Positions 56,330 through 64,000 of a stretch of DNA of 64,000 nucleotides are shown one piece after another. Source of the stretch: Rebecca billardiae RCC1528 (lineage: Eukaryota; Protista; Haptophyta). The stretch spans positions 744,001-808,000 of the forward strand of contig OZ251242.1 of assembly GCA_965240325.2 (NCBI GenBank), in the 5' to 3' direction. The translations under genes were made by a program, and so were the position numbers. Under the pieces are notes generated by a model. The model searched no databases. It saw only the letters and a program-made list of their open reading frames with translations, and was not told where the DNA came from. Within the stretch, counting starts at the first letter, position 1. Each line of letters starts with the position of its first letter.

Positions 56330-56784
56330 CGCAATGCGGCACGGCGTGCAACGCCCTGGTGCCGCGGGCCTCTGGCATTTGCAACGCGAAACGTGCCACG
56401 CCCAGTGACGCGCTGCCGGCCTGCCGCTCAGCTTCCGCCCGTCGCCCCGCGGGCTGTTCCACCCGCGGCGTCCAGGTAGGCTACGGCCGTGGACTACTAA
56501 CTACTGCGGGGGCCGCGGCTTGGGACTGCGTTGCCGTTGGGTCGCTGGGGAGGCTCCTGGACCGTAGCCACAAGCGCAGCAGTGCAGTCAGCAGACAGCG
56601 GTCGTTACGATGCCAGTCACTTACTTCTAGGAGCCTACAGTGTAACCGACCGGTCCTGATAATGACCAGCAGTACTTCTCCCACCGGGCGGCCTGGCTGG
56701 TACTCTCCGCCATCGCACTCGCTCACGCGAGTCGGGCGGGCGGCGGCGAGTGCGATGGCTGTGCCCGCCGAGGTACGATGGCGG

Positions 56785-57204
56785 CAAGGGGAGTCATAAA
56801 GACTGGCCGCGGATGGACCTCAGGATGGAGGCCGTTTTGAACGCGCTCGCGCGCGGCGAGGTCAAGCGTGCAGGGGCGTTAGGCGCTGTGGGCCCCTTGA
56901 GGGCGTCAAGATGGACCGCGCCCAAGCGGATGTCGCCCCCTGGAGCGGCCTCTCCGCGCCGTGCGAGGCCGCGGCGCGCGGGCGGTACACGACCTCCTGT
57001 CTGACGGCCGAAGGTACGAGTGGTCGGCTCCCACTGCGCCTGCCAGCGGGCGAAGTCAGCGGCAGAGCGGCCGGGAGCCCCGCCATTTCCGCAAACGTGG
57101 CAAAATGTTTATTTTCGTGCAGTTTTGCGGGCAACGACCACTCGTACCTCGGGCCGTCAGGAAAAGCTATGGGAGTGTCGCCACATCGGCCAGTCTTTAT
57201 GATT
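56785..57204. mobile_element. Small CAAGGG-type MITE with damaged right end, 7-bp TSD ATGGCGG
   Basis: ATGGCGG|CAAGGGGAGTCATAAAGACTGGCCG ... CGGCCAGTCTTTATGATT|ATGGCGG. Confidence 0.65.
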
Positions 57205-57265
57205 ATGGCGGCGCAGTCCGAGGAGAGTACCAAGACACCCTTGCCAGTGCGGCCGGCAGCTCAGA

Positions 57266-58373
57266 TAGTAAGGTTCGGGGGGCGCCCCGGACTGCAGTCT
57301 GAAAGCTGCCCCTTCAACTTTAGTGGGCACGCTGTGGCCGCATGGCGGCCGGCCGCCCGCCGCCCACGCGAACAAAAGTCCGTGCGCGGGCGTGATGGGC
57401 ACGCGCGTGTCGATGGCGTAGGCCTGGCAGGTCCGTATGTGTCATGGCCGATCCCCAGGCGCGTTTTAGACCCCATCCCCGGCGCCTGAGGCACCACACA
57501 TGCTGGCGATGACAGATGTCGTGTTCAGCACAGGTTGCTGTGCACGCGCCGGTACGGCGGGGTGGTGCACACGGAGAGAGGGCCTAGAAAGGGGTGGCGC
57601 GCGTTCTCACAGGTCTGGTCTCCACTGACGTCGCCCAGCGCGCGCGTCGTGTGTCCCAGTAGGCTTGGAAGCTGCTTAAACACCGCTTATTCCACTATAC
57701 CACGAACACTCTTGCTTTTAAAACAAACATTACGCAACTGAGAGTTTTGTGTGTGGCAGGTGGCGATGGGGCAGAGCCATGGCATGAGCTCAATTCCAGG
57801 GCACAAGTAGCCGTCAAGTAGCCGGTGGAGCTGTCAGATTGCCCACGCAGGACACACAAGACCTAATGGGCTCCCTCTCTGCGAACTCTTCAGCCTGAAC
57901 GCCTCGCTGAGGGTACACGCCCAAGTGGTGCGTGTGTCAGAACAGTGAGCATGCTTTACCGTCAGCCAACAAGAAGCACTGAACAGGCCGCCCATCCTTA
58001 TGACGCGCGCGCCGGGCGACGGCAGTGGAGACCAGACCTGTGAGAACGCACGCCACCCCTTTCTAGGCCCTCTCTCCGTGTGCACCACCCCGCCGTACCG
58101 GCGCGTGCACAGCAACCTGTGCTGAACACGACATCTGTCATCGCCAGCATGTGTGGTGCCTCAGGCGCCGGGGATGGGGTCTAAAACGCGCCTGGGGATC
58201 GGTCATGACACATACGGACCTGTCAGGCCTACGCCATCGACACGTGCGTGCCCATCACGCCAGCGCACGGACTTTTGTTCGCGTGGGCGGCGGGCGGCCG
58301 GCCGCCATGCGGCCACAGCGTGCCCACTAAAGTTGAAGGGGCAGCTCCCGGACTCGGCCCCCGAACCTTACTA
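57266..58373. mobile_element. Foldback element FB-D, ~1108 bp, termini TAGTAAGG, no clear TSD
   Basis: Arms 57266-57648 and 58002-58373; ~350-bp loop; ends 5 nt before ATG 58379. Confidence 0.85.
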
Positions 58374-58378
58374 ATGAC

Positions 58379-60196
58379 ATGGAGCCCTCGCGGAAGCGCG
58401 CGCGCAGCGCCGCCGCGTCCCCGGTCTTCGAGGTGCCGTGCGCGCTGTGCGGCGATCGTATTGGCACCCAGCCGTGGGCGCAGCTCGCGTGCGGCGACGG
58501 GCACGTCGCGCACAACGTGTGCCTCTTCCAGCGCGCGCTCGCGTCCGAGCGCTGCGTCGTGCGGTGCGGCCGGCCGGGGTGCAAGCGCGTGACGAAGGCG
58601 GCGTCGGCGAGGACGCAGTTCGACGGCATTCACGAGCTCGGCTCTTGGCGGCATGTCGATGTGGCGACGTGCACCGGCTGCGCCGCGCCGGATGGGTCGA
58701 TCGTCATGCAGCGCGAGCCGCCTCCCAGCAACACTGCGGCAACGCCGACGATGACAGCTGGACTCACGCTGTGCGACCTGCCGACGGACGTGGTCTCGCG
58801 CATCCTCGGCTGGCTCGAGTGCGCGCATGATCTGGCGCGTGCTAACGCCACGTCGCGCCTCTTCCGCGGCGCGCCCGGCGAACGCTCGCCGGTGGAGCAC
58901 GCGCTGCGCGAGCGCGCGCGGCGGCGCGGGCACGAGGGCGCGCTGCCGGCGGCTCTCCCCACGGGCGCGTGCTCGTGGCGTGCGGAGCTGTTCGCGCGCG
59001 AGCGTGTGCTGGAGCACGCGGATGCGCATGCGTGCGTGGCAGTATGCGGCAGCCAAGCCGATGTGCAAAGTGCGATCAGCGCGCTTGTGGATGGATCGGG
59101 CGGGCTGCACACGTGCGGTGAGGAGTCTGGTGAGACAGGGCTGTGCGCGCCCGCTGCACTGGGCCATCCGGAGCTGCGCGACTCAGCCGTTCTCGTGCCG
59201 ACGCGCGTGGCATCGCTCTCGGCGGTGTGCATGCGTGCGGTGGCTGCTGGCTATCGACACCTGCTCGCGCTGAGCGACTGTGGTGCCGTGTACGCGTGCG
59301 GTGAGAATTATTTCGGCCAGCTGGGCCTGGGCGACAAGGAGACGCGCCGTGTCTTCACCGCGCTGGGCATGAGCAGCATGGGGCTCGTCGTGGGCATCGC
59401 CGCTGGTGCATACCACAGCCTCGCGCTCACTGCAGCGGGCGGAGTGTACAGCTGGGGATGGAACCGTTACGGCCAGCACGGCCACGGCGACAGTGAGAAT
59501 CGGCTGGAGCCTGTGCGCATCGATGCGCTGGACGGTGTGCGCGTGGGCGGCATGTCCGCGGGTGGCGAGCACACGCTGCTGCTGTCGACGAGCGGTGCCG
59601 TGTACTCGTGCGGTGTCGGCGAAGCAGGCCGCCTCGGGCATGGCGACCAGCGCACTCTGCGCACGCCGCAGCGCATCGAGGCGCTAGAGGGCGTGCGCGC
59701 CGTGCACGTGAGCGCGGGCGAGAATCACAGCCTGGTGGTGGATGCCACAGGCGGAGTGCACTCGTTCGGGTGGGGGGATCCTGGTTGCCTTGGCCATGGT
59801 GACACCTCCGACGCACTCGTGCCCAGGCGCATCGAGGCGCTGCAGGGCGTGCGCATCGTGCGCGCCTGCGCAGGCTGTGGTTGCAGCGCGGTGATGGGCG
59901 CGGACGGCAGCGTGTACACCTTTGGCTACAACGAGCACGGCCAGCTTGGCATCGGCCCAGCTGATGCAGATCAGCCGCTTCCGGTGCGCGTGCACGCCCC
60001 AGCGCACGGCCAGCTGGTGGACTGCTTTCTCGAGTACCGCCAGGCGCTTTGGATCACGTCGGATTGCGTTGCGCTCTCGTGTGGCAGGCAGTCCGCAGCG
60101 CTCGGCCACGGTGTGAGCTCTGTCGACGGGATGGACGACCTCATCTCACCTGCGCGGATTGCGCAGCTGCCGCCCCTGCGGCGCCGGGGTGCGTAG
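58379..60196 (+). CDS. RING-like + F-box-like + RCC1 beta-propeller protein, tandem copy 1
   Basis: CALC...C.DGHVAHNVC...CGRPGC; LCDLPTDVVSRILGWL..AHDL; repeated AG..H.L....G.VYS.G.N..GQLG.G. Confidence 0.9.
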   Translation: MEPSRKRARSAAASPVFEVPCALCGDRIGTQPWAQLACGDGHVAHNVCLFQRALASERCVVRCGRPGCKRVTKAASARTQFDGIHELGSWRHVDVATCTGCAAPDGSIVMQREPPPSNTAATPTMTAGLTLCDLPTDVVSRILGWLECAHDLARANATSRLFRGAPGERSPVEHALRERARRRGHEGALPAALPTGACSWRAELFARERVLEHADAHACVAVCGSQADVQSAISALVDGSGGLHTCGEESGETGLCAPAALGHPELRDSAVLVPTRVASLSAVCMRAVAAGYRHLLALSDCGAVYACGENYFGQLGLGDKETRRVFTALGMSSMGLVVGIAAGAYHSLALTAAGGVYSWGWNRYGQHGHGDSENRLEPVRIDALDGVRVGGMSAGGEHTLLLSTSGAVYSCGVGEAGRLGHGDQRTLRTPQRIEALEGVRAVHVSAGENHSLVVDATGGVHSFGWGDPGCLGHGDTSDALVPRRIEALQGVRIVRACAGCGCSAVMGADGSVYTFGYNEHGQLGIGPADADQPLPVRVHAPAHGQLVDCFLEYRQALWITSDCVALSCGRQSAALGHGVSSVDGMDDLISPARIAQLPPLRRRGA

Positions 60197-60405
60197 CACT
60201 CGGTGCGCGGTGGCGTGGAGCCAAGTCGCAACCGGCCGGCGCGTGCTCGCGGCAGCCGCCGATGGAGACGCAGGCGGCGCGTGACGGCACGCGAGCCGTG
60301 TAGTGATGTCTGTGAGCGAACGCGGGTGCTCCGTGCTCCGGCTGCCCGAGTGTCAGGCAACAGCACATAACAATGATGCACGCCTTACCCCAATCAATAC
60401 TACTA

Positions 60406-61012
60406 TGGAGCGTTCGTTGGAACTTGACGCCGGTTTGGCGCCCGCGCGGCGAGGGCGACGACGGGCGTACACGGGGCCCGCGGCGGCGGGAAGCGCGCGG
60501 GCGCGGCCGAGAACGGCACGGTCCGGACGCCTCTCGCCAGCCGCGGACGCGCACCGCGCCTCCTCCTCGCACGCTGCTAACTTGATCCGGGTTACGAACG
60601 GTGGTTTTGCTGCCGACCAGCTCAAGTTCCACGGCTGGTCAAGGTTCGGCTTGCGACCTCGCCGCTGGTGCTAGCAAGAAGGTACACGAGCTGGTCGAAC
60701 TCCCACGCACCCGCTCTGCGCTCGTCGACGCCCTCTGAAGGTGACTTGGGGTGCATGCGGGGCAGTGGAATGCAGTGGTTCGGCGTTGCCTCTCAGTCGT
60801 CCAGCGCGCAGGCCATGTGGCGCGGGTGTGGTGCGCGCATGGCCCGGTAATTCGGTCGCGGCATGTCTGTCTGGGCTGCCCAAGGCCTGCCGCACCGCGA
60901 AGCGAGCGCTCAGGAGCGTGTGCCGACCGTGCCAGCCCCGCCGAGATGGGGCACTTCGCTGGGAAATGCGGTGTCAAGTTCCAAGCCCCGCCAAGTTCCA
61001 ACGAGCGCTCCA
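60406..61012. mobile_element. 607-bp MITE with TA TSD
   Basis: TA|TGGAGCGTTCGTTGGAACTTG...CAAGTTCCAACGAGCGCTCCA|TA; empty paralogous site CAATACTACTACGATAC at 63127-63143. Confidence 0.93.
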
Positions 61013-61100
61013 TACGATACAATCGTAGTCGACGAAATCGTCCGCCGCGCAACGGTCATCGTGAGCACACGACCGCGCGCGCAGGCGAGCTCCGGACGAC

Positions 61101-62924
61101 ATGGAGCCCTCGCGCAAGCGCTCGCTCGCGGACGACGGCGCCGCCGCCGCGTCCCCGGTCTTCGAGGTGCCGTGCGCGCTATGCGGCGATCGTATTGGCA
61201 GCCAGCCTTGGGCGCAGCTCGCGTGCGGCGACGAGCACGTCGCGCACAACGTGTGCCTCTTCCAGCGCGCGCTCGCGTCCGACCGCTGCGTCGTGCGGTG
61301 CGGCCGTCCAGGGTGCAAGCGCGTGACGAAGGCGGCGTCGGCGAGGACGCAATACGACGGCATTCACGAGCTCGGCTCTTGGCGGCATGTCGATGTGGCG
61401 ACGTGCACCGGCTGCGCCGCGCCGGATGGGTCGATCGTCATGCAGCGCGAGCCGCCTCCCAGCAACACTGCGGCAACGCCGACGATGACAGCTGGGCTCA
61501 CGCTGTGCGACCTGCCGACGGACGTGGTCTCGCGCATCCTCGGCTGGCTCGAGTGCGCGCATGATCTGGCGAGTGCCAACGCCACGTCGCGCCTCTTCCG
61601 CGGCGCGCCCGGCGAACGCTCGCCGGTGGAGCACGCGCTGCGCGAGCGCGCGCGGCGGCGCGGGCATGAGGGCACGCTGCCAGCGGTTCTCTCCGCGGGC
61701 GCGTGCTCGTGGAGGGCGGAGCTGTTCGCGCGCGAGCGTGTGCTGGAGCACGCGGATGCGCATGCGTGCGTGGCCGTATGCGGCATCGATGTGCAGTGTG
61801 CGTTTAGCGCGTTCGTGGATGCATCGGGCGGGCTGCACACGTGCGGTGAGGAGTCTGGTGAGACGGGGCTGCGCGCGCCCGCTGCACTGGGCCATCCGGA
61901 GCTGCGCGGCTCGGCGGTCCTCGTGCCGACGCGCGTGGCATCGCTCACGGCGGTGTGCATGCGTGCGGTGGCTGCTGGCTATCGACACCTGCTCGCGCTG
62001 AGCGACGGTGGTGCCGTGTACTCCTGTGGGAACAATTATTTCGGCCAGCTGGGCCTGGGCGACAAGGAGACGCGCCGTGTCTTCACCGCGCTGGGCATGA
62101 GCAGCATGGGGCTCGTCGTGGGCATCGCCGCTGGTGCATACCACAGCCTCGCGCTCACCGCAGCGGGCGGAGTGTACAGCTGGGGATGGAACGAGGACAG
62201 CCAGCACGGTCACGGCGACACTGAGCACCGGCTGGAGCCTGTGCGCATCGAGGCGCTGGACGGTGTGCGAGTGGGCGGCATGTCCGCTGGTTACGGGCAC
62301 ACGCTGCTGCTGTCGATGGGCGGTGCTGTGTACTCGTGCGGGTGGGGCGTTCCAGGCTGCCTCGGGCATGGCGACCTGCGCACTCTGCGCACGCCGCAGC
62401 GCATCGAGGCGCTCGAGGGCGTGCGCGCCGTGCACGTGAGCGCGGGCGAGAATCACAGCCTGGTGGTGGATGCCACAGGCGGAGTGCACTCGTTCGGGTG
62501 GGGGGATTCTGGTCGCCTTGGCCATGGTGACGAGTCCGCCACACTCGTGCCCAGGCGCATCGAGGCGCTGCAGGGCGTGCGCATCGTGCGCGCCTGCGCA
62601 GGCTGTGATTGCAGCGCGGTGATGGGCGCGGACGGCAGCGTGTACACGTTTGGCTACAACGAGCGCGGCCAGCTTGGCATCGGCTTAGCTGGTGCAGATC
62701 AGCTGCTTCCGGTGCGCGTGCACGCCCCAGCGCACGGCCAGCTGGTGGACTGCTTTCTCGAGGACGGCCAGGCGCTTTGGATCACGTCGGGTTGCGTTGC
62801 GCTCTCGTGTGGCAGGCAGTCTGCAGCGCTCGGCCACGGTGTGAGCTTTGACGACGGGATGGACGACCTCGTCTGTCCTGCGCGGATTGCGCAGCTGCCA
62901 CCCCTGCGGCGCCGGGGTGCGTAG
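61101..62924 (+). CDS. RING-like + F-box-like + RCC1 protein, tandem copy 2
   Basis: Close paralogue of 58379-60196. Confidence 0.9.
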   Translation: MEPSRKRSLADDGAAAASPVFEVPCALCGDRIGSQPWAQLACGDEHVAHNVCLFQRALASDRCVVRCGRPGCKRVTKAASARTQYDGIHELGSWRHVDVATCTGCAAPDGSIVMQREPPPSNTAATPTMTAGLTLCDLPTDVVSRILGWLECAHDLASANATSRLFRGAPGERSPVEHALRERARRRGHEGTLPAVLSAGACSWRAELFARERVLEHADAHACVAVCGIDVQCAFSAFVDASGGLHTCGEESGETGLRAPAALGHPELRGSAVLVPTRVASLTAVCMRAVAAGYRHLLALSDGGAVYSCGNNYFGQLGLGDKETRRVFTALGMSSMGLVVGIAAGAYHSLALTAAGGVYSWGWNEDSQHGHGDTEHRLEPVRIEALDGVRVGGMSAGYGHTLLLSMGGAVYSCGWGVPGCLGHGDLRTLRTPQRIEALEGVRAVHVSAGENHSLVVDATGGVHSFGWGDSGRLGHGDESATLVPRRIEALQGVRIVRACAGCDCSAVMGADGSVYTFGYNERGQLGIGLAGADQLLPVRVHAPAHGQLVDCFLEDGQALWITSGCVALSCGRQSAALGHGVSFDDGMDDLVCPARIAQLPPLRRRGA

Positions 62925-63222
62925 CACTCGGTGCGCGGTGGCGCGACGGGGCCAAGTCGCAACCGGCCGGCGCGTGCTCGCGGCAGCCGCCGATGGAGAC
63001 GCAGGCGGCGTGTGACGCACGCGAGATGTGTAGTGATGTCTCTGAGCAAACGCGGGTGCTCCGTGCTCCGGCTGCCCGAGTGTCAGGCAACAGCACATAA
63101 CAATGATGCACGCCTTACTACCCTATCAATACTACTACGATACAATCGTAGTCGACGAAATCCGCCGCGCAACGGTCATCGTGAGCACAACGAGGGACGC
63201 GCGCAGGCGAGCTCCGGACGAC

Positions 63223-64000
63223 ATGGAGCCCTCGCGCAAGCGCCCAGCGCTCGCGGACGACGGCGCCGCCGCCGCGTCCCCGGTCTTCGAGGTGCCGTGC
63301 GCGCTATGCGGCGATCGTATTGGCAGCCAGCCTTGGGCGCAGCTCGCGTGCGGCGACGAGCACGTCGCGCACAACGTGTGCCTCTTCCAGCGCGCGCTCG
63401 CGTCCGAGCGCTGCGTCGTGCGGTGCGGCCGGCCGGGGTGCAAGCGCGTGACGAAGGCGGCGTCGGCGAGGACGCAATACGACGGCATTCACGAGCTCGG
63501 CTCTTGGCGGCATATCGACGTGGCGACGTGCACCGGTTGCGCCGCGCTGGATGGGTCGACCGCCATGCAGCGCGAGCCGCCTCCCAGCGACACTGCGGCA
63601 ACGCCGACGATGACAGCTGGACTCACGCTGTGCGACCTGCCGACGGACGTGGTCTCGCGCATCCTCGGCTGGCTCGAGTGCGTGCATGATCTGGCGAGTG
63701 CTAACGCCACGTCGCGCCTCTTCCGCGGCGCGCCCGGCGAACGCTCGCCGGTGGAGCACGCGCTGCGCGAGCGCGCGCGGCGGCGCGGGCACGAGGGCGC
63801 GCTGCCGGCGGCTCTCCCCACTGGCGCGTGCTCGTGGAGGGCGGAGCTGTTCGCGCGCGAGCGTGTGCTGGAGCACGCGGATGCGTATGCGTGCGTGGCC
63901 GTATGCGGCAGCCAAGTCAATGTGCATTGTGCGCTCAGCGCGTTCGTGGATGCATCGGGCGGGCTGCACACGTGCGGTGAGGAGTCTGGTGAGGCGGGGC
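63223..64000 (+). CDS. RING-like + F-box-like + RCC1 protein, tandem copy 3 (runs off window)
   Basis: ATG GAG CCC TCG CGC AAG at 63223, collinear with copies 1-2 to the window edge. Confidence 0.88.
   Translation, partial: MEPSRKRPALADDGAAAASPVFEVPCALCGDRIGSQPWAQLACGDEHVAHNVCLFQRALASERCVVRCGRPGCKRVTKAASARTQYDGIHELGSWRHIDVATCTGCAALDGSTAMQREPPPSDTAATPTMTAGLTLCDLPTDVVSRILGWLECVHDLASANATSRLFRGAPGERSPVEHALRERARRRGHEGALPAALPTGACSWRAELFARERVLEHADAYACVAVCGSQVNVHCALSAFVDASGGLHTCGEESGEAG

Noticed and set aside
58379-62924. Diversity-generating retroelement acting on the RCC1 genes
   Set aside because: Differences are not adenine-specific and no reverse transcriptase or template repeat is visible

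Overview
Eukaryotic, very GC-rich (roughly 70% by eye), gene-dense nuclear DNA. Short GC-rich GT-AG introns, (TA)n tracts and plastid-type genes fit a haptophyte-like alga such as Pavlovales (inference). About 23 protein genes are supportable: an Amt ammonium transporter head-to-head with a membrane-embedded GlmS-like (Ntn-GATase + SIS) protein, a secreted EGF-methyltransferase, RING, TPR and RMI1/TDRD3-type OB-fold proteins, a sulfotransferase-like/glycosyltransferase pair, PDH E1-beta, fibrillin, TFIIE-beta, UBA-PUB-UBX, Sec20, Sel1-MYND, TauD, Sec14, RWP-RK, M48 peptidase, a rhamnosyltransferase-like protein, a single-chain translin-TRAX, and a tandem RING/F-box/RCC1 array. Intergenic DNA is full of non-autonomous mobile elements. 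Highlights: (1) foldback elements of about 1.11 kb with ~400-bp arms, three with CAAGGG ends and 7-bp TSDs (two exactly 1109 bp; two side by side at one triplicated target), all next to gene starts; (2) a 48-nt unit at three loci, twice 13-14 nt upstream of an ATG; (3) an A-B-A-B split-repeat element in (TA)n; (4) several TIR elements with unique, decayed-coding-like interiors. All calls come from reading motifs by eye; no database searches were run.
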